A DNA stretch of 64,000 bases from Candidatus Moraniibacteriota bacterium (GCA_963775955.1 CAVZKT010000005.1:7422-71421); one strand, 5' to 3'. Counted from the first letter of the stretch, positions 45,478-55,207 are shown. Notes: a model not told the origin generated them from the sequence alone. Program-made: numbers and translations.

Positions 45478-45653
45478 GTTTTTTGCCAGTCGGCAATTAC
45501 AATTTTCTTCCCCTGTTTTTTGACGACCACTTTCTGCCGCTCTCTCCATCCGAATTCGCGGATGATTTCAATCGGGATGGTAACGCAAATACTTTTCCTG
45601 CCAAGCCTAGTCAGCTTGCGGATACTGCTTTCGTTTTGGGGTCTTTTAGCCAT
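45474..45653 (-). CDS. AbrB/MazE/SpoVT-type small DNA-binding protein, paralog 3
   Basis: 59 aa: MAKRPQNESSIRKLTRLGRKSICVTIPIEIIREFGWRERQKVVVKKQGKKIVIADWQKT. Confidence 0.65.
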   Translation of the reverse strand: MAKRPQNESSIRKLTRLGRKSICVTIPIEIIREFGWRERQKVVVKKQGKKIVIADWQKT

Positions 45654-45741
45654 AGATTTTTGTATTATTTTTATTATATTTTATTACATACTGAATTATG
45701 TAATTTTTACCCGCCTTTGGAGGGAGGTATGTAATTTACCG

Positions 45742-45880
45742 GCAAAAGCTTGATGCAGGATTGATTGTTCCAGGCGTTCAAGATCTGACTGCGTGGATTT
45801 TTGGTATTCCTGTAATTTTATTATTTTTTCCGACAGCGCATCCGGTCGCGCCACGATCTTTTTTTACTCGGGAACAGGAG
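45742..45880 (-). pseudogene. orphan hsdS 3'-terminal fragment (coordinates approximate)
   Basis: About 135 nt are roughly 85-90 percent identical by eye to 46700-46835, the hsdS C-terminal conserved region. It translates as ..PE*KKIVARPDALSEKIIKLQEYQKSTQSDLERLEQSILHQAF.. with an in-frame TAA. Confidence 0.65.
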
Positions 45881-46028
45881 GTATATATTTATTGTAGCTT
45901 ATATTTTTCCAATTTATCTCTTTCTTCTTTATAAAAAGAGATAAACATTAGCACAACTTCTGCAAGAGATTTATGATTATATTTTTGTTCTTTTAAAACA
46001 TTATTATTAATCATTCCGAGGGTAATAA

Positions 46029-46664
46029 CTAGTGGTTCTTCTTTTCCAACTCTTGAGGATGGAATTTTCCATGTACAAAAGAATGTTTGTAGGCATTCGA
46101 CGCTTCATTTAAGAATTTCAAAAAATCCAAGTCTCTCTCGGTATATTCCTTTTTAAAGTCATCGCCATTTGTTAAATTTAAAAGCTTTCCAATGGAATCA
46201 ATTTTTATAACCTTTGGATAAGTCTTGTTTTTTCTAGACTCAAATAAAAACCAATGCAGAGATATTAACCGATCGATAATCCGCCTCATCCAATAAATTA
46301 TTTCTTCAACTATTCTTTGATGATCAGTAATTTTTGCGCTGAAATCATAGTACATTCCAAGCGCATATAATTTAAAACACTCTGTAATTCGTACGTTCAA
46401 TTGCTCAATGTCCATCGAAATATTAAAAAATATTAGATTTAAATTTCCAAAAGAAGTATCTGCATCCAGTTTTATAGTATGCATTGCATGATTGGACTTA
46501 AAAATAAAACCACTATACATAGGATTTTCTGAATTAAAACTCATAGGAACTTGCGGAATGTCAAAACCACGCTCAAAGTTTGAATTTGTAATTAGCGTCT
46601 TTCTCTTGCAATTTTTGCAATAGCCTCCTTGTATTTGTTTTCCACATTTACCACAAATATCCAT
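46029..46664 (-). CDS. hypothetical protein with N-terminal zinc ribbon
   Basis: 211 aa. MDICGKCGKQIQGGYCKNCKRK, then an unassigned helical domain. It starts 20 nt downstream of hsdS. Confidence 0.5.
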   Translation of the reverse strand: MDICGKCGKQIQGGYCKNCKRKTLITNSNFERGFDIPQVPMSFNSENPMYSGFIFKSNHAMHTIKLDADTSFGNLNLIFFNISMDIEQLNVRITECFKLYALGMYYDFSAKITDHQRIVEEIIYWMRRIIDRLISLHWFLFESRKNKTYPKVIKIDSIGKLLNLTNGDDFKKEYTERDLDFLKFLNEASNAYKHSFVHGKFHPQELEKKNH

Positions 46665-46684
46665 ATAAATAAAATTTATTTAAC

Positions 46685-47815
46685 TTATTCCATAAAAGAT
46701 TTATGCAAAATAGATTGCTCGAGAGCGACAAGATCGGATTGAGTGGATTTTTGGTATTCCTGTAATTTTTTTATTTTTTCCGACAGCGAATCTAACCGCG
46801 CCACGATCTTTTTTTGTTCGGAACGAGATGGTAGCGGAATTTTAAATTTTTTTATTATAGTTTGACTTAAATTTGGCTGGGCTCCGCCCCAAGCTTTGGC
46901 AATAATTTTATTTCGGATATTATTAAGTACATAAAATAAATACTTAAAATCTAGCTCTTGCTCATTGCATATCATTCCAGTAATAGCCTGATTCGTTGCT
47001 GCAGATTTTCCTAGAATTCCTAATTTCCCTGCTGTGGCTCCATACATAGCTAGAAGCACTGTATTTTTCGGAAAAACTTTTGTGCTGGAATTCTTTATTG
47101 CCGCTTCATTTATATGCTCTTCTGAATCCAAAATACTAACATTGTCATTTAGTTCTCCGGATTTTAGCCATGCGATATTGCCTTTATAGTACGCACTATT
47201 TCCCCGAGAAGGTGTCCCGCCACTAGTCATTTTCATAATTTTCTTATCTCCAATATTGCAGAAATCCCATCCTTTCTTTTTTCCTTCTTCAAAAATTTTA
47301 TGCAGTTCGGCGGAGAGGAGGTTTTGTGTGGCTTCTTGCGCTTCAGCGCGCAAGCGCTTCGCCTCTTTCACTTTTGCCAGCAATTTTTCCAACCTCGCCA
47401 CAATTTTCCTTTGTTCGAGAAGAGGAGGAAGAAAAATTTTTATTTTTGAATATTCCGATATCCAGTATCGTTTGTGTGTTACATGATTTACTTTGATAGT
47501 CTGCAATAAAGAAAATAGATAATTTGCGTCCGCTTCATCTTTTTTTATATGCAAAATCTTCATTGCTGAAGATTTGACTTTAAATGGAAAATCAACAAAC
47601 TGTATTGCAGTAGTAAAATCATCAAAAATTATTACCGGTAATTTATCAGCAGGAAAGATATTTTCTTTTTCATTCGTATTACCCAAAATAAAAGTTTTAC
47701 CCGCAGTTAAAACCGGCGTTTTGTATTCGCTACTGTAATTCTTGGAATTTACAATATATTTTCCGGGTTGTTCGTAATCTAAAACTTCTCCTAATTTTTT
47801 TGTTGGCCAAGTCAT
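46685..47815 (-). CDS. hsdS: type I restriction-modification specificity subunit
   Basis: 376 aa with two target-recognition regions separated by the conserved LPPLLEQRKIVARLEKLLAKVKEAKRL and ending PLPSRSEQKKIVARLDSLSEKIKKLQ. Confidence 0.9.
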   Translation of the reverse strand: MTWPTKKLGEVLDYEQPGKYIVNSKNYSSEYKTPVLTAGKTFILGNTNEKENIFPADKLPVIIFDDFTTAIQFVDFPFKVKSSAMKILHIKKDEADANYLFSLLQTIKVNHVTHKRYWISEYSKIKIFLPPLLEQRKIVARLEKLLAKVKEAKRLRAEAQEATQNLLSAELHKIFEEGKKKGWDFCNIGDKKIMKMTSGGTPSRGNSAYYKGNIAWLKSGELNDNVSILDSEEHINEAAIKNSSTKVFPKNTVLLAMYGATAGKLGILGKSAATNQAITGMICNEQELDFKYLFYVLNNIRNKIIAKAWGGAQPNLSQTIIKKFKIPLPSRSEQKKIVARLDSLSEKIKKLQEYQKSTQSDLVALEQSILHKSFME

Positions 47816-48639
47816 ATTTTTAATTGAGACAAAAAATCAGGGTTTTTTCGCAAAATATCTTCCCAGAGGCCCATTTCTGAATACCACCTTGCTAAAAATC
47901 TAGATTGTGGATATTTCTTGTAGATCTCAATCGCCCAAGCAATATCAAGCTTTTCGCCTCGTTCTTTCTTAATAAATATAAAAGATATGGGGTCATTATT
48001 CTTTATTTTCTGAATTTCCAATGGTATATCATCGTATAATCGAGCGAGGAATTTGTTCCTCAAAATTTTTAGGAAAAAATCGTAAGTCAATTCATCCTCA
48101 TCAAAATAATTTGAAATTTCATCAAAATTTTGTAATAGAAATTCTTTAGGCATTTTTGAAACTACCAAGCCAATTGCTTCTTCGTCTTTAAAATCATACC
48201 AAGCTTTTTCTATAATTCTCTTGCAGTTTGGGGACCAGTTTTTATAGAAATATTTATAGATCCTTTTACGGTTATTTTTGTATTTGGATTGAAGAAAATG
48301 ATCTGCTAGTTTATTTTGGTTATTTTTTGAAATATATGGGAAAAGAGCCATTAAAATCATTGAAGCACTTTCTTTTTTGAAATACGAGGAGAGGGAATTT
48401 TTTGAACTATAAACTTCATCAAACAAAAAGTTATTTTCATCTCTTGGCCATTTAGCGGCCGAAGTCATTATTTTATTTAAGAAAATCTTTCTTTTTAGAA
48501 TATCCTGTTCTAAGCAATCATTTATGACATCAGAAATTTCCTTGGAGCTTAAACCAGCTACGATTCCAAGATAGAAGTAATATCTACCATTTTTTTCTTT
48601 AATTTCTGGGAATTTACGAATAAAATCTACTGTTGTCAT
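47812..48639 (-). CDS. hypothetical helical-repeat protein embedded in the type I R-M operon
   Basis: 275 aa, no recognisable motif. Its stop overlaps the hsdS start (ATGA at 47812-47815). Confidence 0.5.
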   Translation of the reverse strand: MTTVDFIRKFPEIKEKNGRYYFYLGIVAGLSSKEISDVINDCLEQDILKRKIFLNKIMTSAAKWPRDENNFLFDEVYSSKNSLSSYFKKESASMILMALFPYISKNNQNKLADHFLQSKYKNNRKRIYKYFYKNWSPNCKRIIEKAWYDFKDEEAIGLVVSKMPKEFLLQNFDEISNYFDEDELTYDFFLKILRNKFLARLYDDIPLEIQKIKNNDPISFIFIKKERGEKLDIAWAIEIYKKYPQSRFLARWYSEMGLWEDILRKNPDFLSQLKI

Positions 48640-48656
48640 AATCTTTCTAAAGATAT

Positions 48657-49799
48657 TTAATCTTTTTCGACAATAAATTTTGCCCTTTCAAAAAGTTCAT
48701 CAAACGTAATAATATCTATTCCGTGAATAGATTTTCTGAATCTCTGAAAAGTTTCGCGCTTACTCCTTGTATCAAGTTGCGAAAGGCTTCCGATTACAAT
48801 AATTCCCTTAGGTTTAACTGTAAAAATATTTTCAGTTTCGAGTCTATCCTTATTATCATCCTGTCGTGAGCCGTCTTTTTCCCACATCGCAATATTTGCT
48901 TCAATTTGGGAAATGGCATCTGTGAGGTCTTTTGATAAACTCCATGCGCCATTTCGTATTTCTTTTGTACCCTGCAACAATAGTGCAACGGGAGTCTTTA
49001 TTTCTACTAGAACGGTAAAGCTAAAATCGCCCATTGTTGAAGTTAAATAATCTCCGCGTTGTCCTCCTCGTCCATTAACTCGAGTACCTCCATAATTGGG
49101 CTGTGTTTGTTCCTGTCTCAAAATATGATAGTCAAGACCATAACCAAAAATCCACTTATTCTGTTCAAAGAAATTTTGCCACTTCCTTTCATCAGAAACT
49201 TTGGTGTCGAGCGCTGTTTTAAACTTCTCTAACTTTTCCCGCCACCTCAAAAGTTGGTTTATGTCCTCTTGCGAGAGCTTGATGCCCTCTGTATTTGAGA
49301 GTTGTTTAATAATATTCACAATACTTGAGGCATCACGACCGCGAAGAGCTGTCACGATTTCGGCTTCACCTTGAGAAATAAGCGAGAAGCTATCTTGTGG
49401 TATTTTGACTTCTCTTATTGATTGCAAAAAGGAAATTAGCTTCCAAAAATGATCGTAGCATTGATCTAGGCTTACGTTCGCTTTTATGTTTGTCTGTTTT
49501 GCTTCTGGTTCCTCAACTATCTTTTTTGTTTTATCTCTCACAGAAAAAGACAAACGAGGGGTAAATTTATCATCCTTTTTTATTAAAGTTACTCTGCATA
49601 TATAGTCAACTTGTTTTCCTTCATTGAGAACAAACTGTTTAATTAATTTTCTCTCCTTCTGATTAAAAAAATAATAAAATTGCTCAATCGCTGGGGTTGA
49701 ATTTATTTGAAGATCGGAAAAATTATCTTTTCCTATAACAAAGTCGTCGTTTTTTCCCGACCAACCTAATATATTTAACATCTCTCTTGAAAATTTCAT
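48657..49799 (-). CDS. Shedu-like (DUF4263) PD-(D/E)xK nuclease-domain protein
   Basis: 380 aa. KWQNFFEQNKWIFGYGLDY.., GDYLTS...FTVLVEIKTP (D...ExK), ..IIVIGSLSQL...IDIITFDELFERA match the DUF4263 layout. The start overlaps the hsdM stop. Confidence 0.75.
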   Translation of the reverse strand: MKFSREMLNILGWSGKNDDFVIGKDNFSDLQINSTPAIEQFYYFFNQKERKLIKQFVLNEGKQVDYICRVTLIKKDDKFTPRLSFSVRDKTKKIVEEPEAKQTNIKANVSLDQCYDHFWKLISFLQSIREVKIPQDSFSLISQGEAEIVTALRGRDASSIVNIIKQLSNTEGIKLSQEDINQLLRWREKLEKFKTALDTKVSDERKWQNFFEQNKWIFGYGLDYHILRQEQTQPNYGGTRVNGRGGQRGDYLTSTMGDFSFTVLVEIKTPVALLLQGTKEIRNGAWSLSKDLTDAISQIEANIAMWEKDGSRQDDNKDRLETENIFTVKPKGIIVIGSLSQLDTRSKRETFQRFRKSIHGIDIITFDELFERAKFIVEKD

Positions 49800-51220
49800 A
49801 TTTCTTTACTTATCTCCCCTAAAATCTCCACGATTTGTTTTTCCGCGGCGGCAATATTTTCTAAAATTTCTTTCGGGTCTTTATGGGCAGTTTTTGAATT
49901 GCCATTCGGGTTTTTGAAATCCAGATTATAATTTCGCGCTTCAATTTCTTTGATGGACACTTTCCAGGCGTTGCCATTTGATTTTCTATTTCCCCACCAC
50001 TTCTTCACCGGTTCAAATTCCTCAAACATGATCGGCCGGCCTTTGGTATATTGCTTCAACCCTTCCGGCAGCGGAAGTTGATAATACCAAACTTCTTTGG
50101 TCGGGCTGCCTTTTTCAAAAAATAACAAATTCGTATTCACCCCGGCATACGGGCTGAAAACTCCTTGCGGCAGCCGTACAATCGTATGTAAATTGCATTC
50201 GCTCAAAAGTTTTTGCTTGATTTTGGTTTTTACTCCCTCTCCAAACAGCGTCCCATCCGGCAGAACAATTCCTGCCCGTCCCCCATTTTTGAGAAGATGG
50301 ATAAATAATACCAGAAATAAATCCGCTGTTTCTTTTGTCCGAAATTCGCTAGGAAAATTTCTTTCTGCTCCTTCTTTAACAACACCACCAAAAGGAGGAT
50401 TAGCCATGATAATATCAACCCGATCTTTTGGACCATATTCAGTAAGCGGCCGCGAGAGCATATCATCATGGCGGATATTATCCGGCACTTCCACGCCATG
50501 AATAATCATATTCGTGGAAGCCAAGAGATGCGGCAGCTGCTTGAGTTCCACTCCGCGGATACAACTGTGTAATTTTTTTTCATCGCTTTGATTTTTGACA
50601 TAGTGGCTTCGCACATGCTCCAGAGCGTTAATCAAAAAACCGCCGGTTCCGCAGGCCGGATCAAACACGACTTCTCCCAACTTTGGATCAATCATTTCTA
50701 CAATAAATTGGGTAATTGGCCTTGGAGTGTAAAATTCTCCATAAGCACCGGCTGTTTGCAATTCTTTGAGAAGTTTTTCATAAAAATCATTGATAGTATG
50801 CCGGTCTGATTTTTTATTAAAATCATATTGGTTTATTTCATTAAGTACGCGCCTCATTGTCACGCCGGATTTCATATAATTAAAAGCGTCTTCCAACGCA
50901 TCCTTGATGACCATTCCTCTTTTATTGTCGGAACTTACTTTTAGATTTTTGAGACCAGGAAAAAGTTTGTTCGTTACAAAATTAATAAGTTCGTCACCAG
51001 TGATACCTTCCGGATTCGCCGCCCAGTTGCGCCAGCGCAAATTTTCCGGAATCGGCGATTTATATTTTGCATCCCGCAGCTCATAAAATCTTTCCTGATC
51101 GTCATAGAGTTTCAAAAACAGCATCCAGCCGAGCTGTTCAATGCGCTGGCCATCGCCGGCCACGCCTTGATCCTGGCGCATAATATTTCTTAAGTTTTTA
51201 ATAAGTGAATCTACTGACAT
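49796..51220 (-). CDS. hsdM: type I restriction-modification DNA methyltransferase subunit
   Basis: 474 aa. DPACGTGGFL (SAM binding), IIMANPPFGG (catalytic NPPF) and the HsdM N-terminal domain. Confidence 0.95.
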   Translation of the reverse strand: MSVDSLIKNLRNIMRQDQGVAGDGQRIEQLGWMLFLKLYDDQERFYELRDAKYKSPIPENLRWRNWAANPEGITGDELINFVTNKLFPGLKNLKVSSDNKRGMVIKDALEDAFNYMKSGVTMRRVLNEINQYDFNKKSDRHTINDFYEKLLKELQTAGAYGEFYTPRPITQFIVEMIDPKLGEVVFDPACGTGGFLINALEHVRSHYVKNQSDEKKLHSCIRGVELKQLPHLLASTNMIIHGVEVPDNIRHDDMLSRPLTEYGPKDRVDIIMANPPFGGVVKEGAERNFPSEFRTKETADLFLVLFIHLLKNGGRAGIVLPDGTLFGEGVKTKIKQKLLSECNLHTIVRLPQGVFSPYAGVNTNLLFFEKGSPTKEVWYYQLPLPEGLKQYTKGRPIMFEEFEPVKKWWGNRKSNGNAWKVSIKEIEARNYNLDFKNPNGNSKTAHKDPKEILENIAAAEKQIVEILGEISKEI

Positions 51221-51225
51221 ATTTT

Positions 51226-53606
51226 TTAGTTAGCTACGTATAAAAGCTGCTGCAATCCTTTGAGAGCTGACAAATATTTATCTTTCCCTCCAAAAATATC
51301 TTGGACTATTTCAACCGGCGTGCCAAATTCCGTAAAGGGAGATACATTCAAATCTCCAATATCATCGATGGCAGCGCTCCCCTGATCTGCATATTTTTCC
51401 AGTAACGCTTCGAGTAACTGCTCTGGCTTGACCTTCATATTTGGCAAAATAATTTTGTTTTAACACATTTTCTGCCCGTTCTTTCCGGGTTAATGGTTTT
51501 TTCCCATAGGCGACATGGAGAATTAGATCAAAATCATCAATATTCAGTCCGACATCTTTGCGTAATTCTTCCAGAATTACTCCGTTTTCTAAAAGCTCAT
51601 TGACGATGGCATCCTTTTTTCTCCGCTTCGCTCCAAGCTGTAATAAATTCATCCAGCGACCGGTGTTTTGTTAATAATTTTTTCGAATAATCTTGCAGAG
51701 ATTCCGCGACTAGCTTTCCCGTCTTGGGATCGATATAATGAATCGTTCTGGACGCAACATTAAACTCAACCCCGGCTTCGATAACAATTTTCTCTTTTTT
51801 AGCTGTTTCCTCTGGATTAATAACTATTTCTTCTTGCGGATTTTCCGCCAAAACTTCTTGCTCTGTTTTCGTTTCTTCCCTGATTTTGTTCCTTTTATGC
51901 TTTCGATTCTTCCTTTGGTTCATAAATTTTCACTGGCTCGCCATCAAAATCCGGATCAGCAAACAAGTCGCGTAACACCCCGAAAATCAATGATCGTAAA
52001 ATATAATTTCCCAAAATCTTCCCTCACTCTGAGTCCCACGGCCGATTATTTGCTTGAATTCCGAAATCGAATTAATATCGGCGCATCGAGTACGATCAAT
52101 TTGCAGGTTTGCACATCAACTCCAGTGGTAAGTAATTTGGAAGTTGTGACGAGTACTGGATAAGGAGATTCAGGATCAATGAAATTATCAAGTTCCTTTT
52201 TCCCTTCCTCATTGTCTCCAGTCATCCTCATAATGTAGCGATAATTTTGCGAAACATATTCGGTATTAAGATTTACCAATTCTTCGCGCATGCGTTCGGC
52301 ATGGTCAATGTCAACACAAAAAATAATTGCTTTCTGCATCGGATCAGTATCGCGCATAAATTCGGTTATTTTCTGGGTAACTAATTTTGTCCGGTTTTTA
52401 ATAACAATGTTTTTATCGTAATCAGAAACATTATAAATTCGGTCTTCAATAGGATTGCCATGCTGATCATGGATTAATTCATTAGGTCGCCATTCAATGT
52501 CTTTGTCCAAAATATAACGGACTACTTTATAGGGCGCTAAAAAGCCATCCTCAATTCCCTGCTTTAGAGAATAAGTATAAATGGCTTTGCCAAAATATTC
52601 TTCTGTGCTGATATCTTTTGTTTCTTTGGGTGTCGCTGTCATCCCGATCTGCGTGGCTGATTTATAATATTCCAAAATTTCACGCCAAACACCATTTTCT
52701 TTTATGCCTCCACGATGACATTCATCAACTATTATTAAGTCGAAAAAATCTGGTGAAAATTGTTTGAAAATTTTACTCTGCTTCTTCGGAACTGGTCATC
52801 CCCTGGTAAAGCGCAATGTAGATTTCATAGGCCGGGTCGGCGATTCTTTTTTCAACGCGTGTCATTTTGTCCCCAAAGTGGCGAAAATCTCCTTGCAGAG
52901 TTTGCGAAGCTAGGGCTGTCCGATCAACAAGAAAAAGTATTCTTTTCTTTTTTCGCGCTTTCCACAAACGCCAAATTATCTGGAAAGCAGTATATGTTTT
53001 TCCTGTTCCAGTTGCCATTACCAAAAAAATTCTTTTTTGGCCGCGGGCAACCGCTTCAACGGCGCGATTCACCGCGACCTGCTGGAAATATCTGGGTGCA
53101 TGCGCAGATAGACTTTCGTAATAATCCTGTAAAACAGCTTCTTCCACTTCGGGAGTTAATTTTTTATGTGCTTTGTATTGTTTATATAATTCTTCCGGGC
53201 TGGGAAAAGATTTTAGATCAATTTCTTTTTCAATTTTTCCCTGTGATACTAACCTATTGTGTTCTAAAAATCCGCTGCCATTGGAGCTATAGACAAAAGG
53301 AATGTCCAGAGATTCTGCATAATCAAGCGCCTGTTGCATACCATCACCCACAGAATGGGAAGCGTCTTTGGCTTCAATCAAGGCGATAGGTAAACTATTT
53401 TTATAATACAAAATATAATCTGCGCGTTTTTTAGCTCCGCGAGTTATTAATTTGCCATAAACATTAATTCTACCCGCTGTGAATGTAACCTCCTCCCTGA
53501 TCTGATTTTGCAAATCCCAACCAGCACCTGTCAGCGCAGGAGTTATGAATTTTGTGCAAATATCCCGTTCAGATAGGTTTTTGTTAGACATATTATTTTT
53601 TTCCAA
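51226..53606 (-). pseudogene. hsdR: type I restriction enzyme R subunit, about 6 frameshifts
   Basis: Fragments in order: N-terminal nuclease (..ADYILYY..IALIEAKD), helicase motif I MATGTGKT, DEAH-type [13 protein letters not shown], helicase C, and an EcoEI-R-type C-terminal tail. They are spread over ORFs 52773..53606, 52046..52675, 51597..51923, 51362..51652, 51226..51447 plus unlisted pieces. Confidence 0.85.
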
Positions 53607-53859
53607 TCGCTTAATTACATACTAAATTACATACTTCGGTAATTTCCAGCCTTTAAATGATTTTATTTTATCGCCAACAGCATTAAAAGTAAAAGCCGGT
53701 TTAATTAATTTTGTATGCCTCTCTTTTTATAAACATTTTACTTTTATCCGCGGTATGCCAATTTTACGCATATGCGAGGATTTGACATACTTTTCAAATT
53801 TTACATTTGTCAGGCGATAGCATAACAAATGCGAATAATATTTAAAAACTTTCTGTAGA

Positions 53860-54606
53860 TTATTTTTTTGCATCCAGTCTTGCAATTTCATCCCGCAAAA
53901 ACATCAGAGTTTCGCGTTTTAATATTTTTCTGATGCTTTGGAATTTTTCGGGAGTTAGCAAAATATTCAAATCTTGATTAATGGTTGTTTCCGTGATTTT
54001 TTTCTCCACAAATTCTACAAGTTCCTGAAAAAAATCCGGCGCTGGTTTTTTTCTGCGCTCCTTAATTACTTCGCTGTCATAGCGAAATCCCTGCCAGAAA
54101 AAATGGTGGATATCATACAGATCCCTCCCGGCGATGGATTCGTTTTTTTCATGGCGGTCAATCAGCGCCACTAATTTATTAGCGAACATCGTTTCAATTG
54201 TCTGGCAATTGATAATCCGATCGATGTCCGTAAATTCTTTGGGCTCGTATTTATTGGTTTTTGGAGGCGGAAAAGTTACGTCCAGCTTTATGGTATTTCT
54301 TTCGTTTTCCCTGGCTGGATATTTTAAAAAATATTGCGGGACATTCTTGCTCTGGTCTTTTATTTCCAGTTTAAGTTTTTTAAAAATTTTTTCCAGTTGT
54401 TTTTTTATTTTTTTAATCTCGAGAATTTCACCGACAAAATCAAAATCCAGATCCGCCGAAAATCTGTCTAAATACCCAAGCATGGCGGCGCAGGTTCCGC
54501 CCTTAAAATACAGGCTGCCGGCTAAAAGCGGGTTGTCATAAATTTCCGCCAGCAGCCGGTAAAGCCAGGCCTTATGGATGGCGTCTTTCGCATTTGGCAA
54601 AATCAT
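53860..54606 (-). CDS. AbiEii/AbiGii-family nucleotidyltransferase toxin
   Basis: 248 aa with the FKGGTCAAMLGYLDRFSADLDFDF motif. Confidence 0.85.
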   Translation of the reverse strand: MILPNAKDAIHKAWLYRLLAEIYDNPLLAGSLYFKGGTCAAMLGYLDRFSADLDFDFVGEILEIKKIKKQLEKIFKKLKLEIKDQSKNVPQYFLKYPARENERNTIKLDVTFPPPKTNKYEPKEFTDIDRIINCQTIETMFANKLVALIDRHEKNESIAGRDLYDIHHFFWQGFRYDSEVIKERRKKPAPDFFQELVEFVEKKITETTINQDLNILLTPEKFQSIRKILKRETLMFLRDEIARLDAKK

Positions 54607-55207
54607 ATTTTTTGTATCGATTAAATGTCAGCGGATAACCTACGGCCTTTTGAACTGCTTTTACTTTTTCCCAGTCTACCAGATTTTCTGCGTCAAAATA
54701 AGCGCCGGGATTGAAATATAAAAGATCCGCCACCGCCCTTTCGGCTGTAGCTTTTTTAATCCCGTTTTTTTCAACCATCCCAATTTCATTATATAAAAAT
54801 TTGTCAGCCAGTTTTCGTGAATAAAAATTATTTTGCCCCACGGAAAATTTTCTGGAAACCGGGCTCGCCAAAGTAATCTGATTTATTTTTTGCTGAATTA
54901 TTCCCGCCTCGGCCAAAATTGTTTCCGTGCTGACATAGGCCATGCGATGCAAAGCTTTCAAGCCAACCAGAAGCGGATGCAGCTGCTCAACGGGCTTCAG
55001 GGAATACAGTCCGCGATAAATTCTAACCAAGAGCCCCTTGTCCGCGTATCTTTTCAAGGTCATATGCAAATTGCGAGGATTGTTTATTTGCCACAAATTA
55101 GCCAGGTCGCTGGCATGAAACACCAAGAACCCTAATTTGGCCAGCTGGGAAAACCTGCTTAAATATAAGCCTTTTCTTGATTTATTGCTCTCTTTTACTA
55201 TACTCAT
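54572..55207 (-). CDS. AbiEi-family antitoxin/transcriptional regulator
   Basis: 211 aa. It sits upstream of and overlaps the AbiEii gene. N-terminal wHTH-like region (..VFHASDLANLW..LKRYADKGLLVRIYRGLY). Confidence 0.75.
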   Translation of the reverse strand: MSIVKESNKSRKGLYLSRFSQLAKLGFLVFHASDLANLWQINNPRNLHMTLKRYADKGLLVRIYRGLYSLKPVEQLHPLLVGLKALHRMAYVSTETILAEAGIIQQKINQITLASPVSRKFSVGQNNFYSRKLADKFLYNEIGMVEKNGIKKATAERAVADLLYFNPGAYFDAENLVDWEKVKAVQKAVGYPLTFNRYKKYDFAKCERRHP

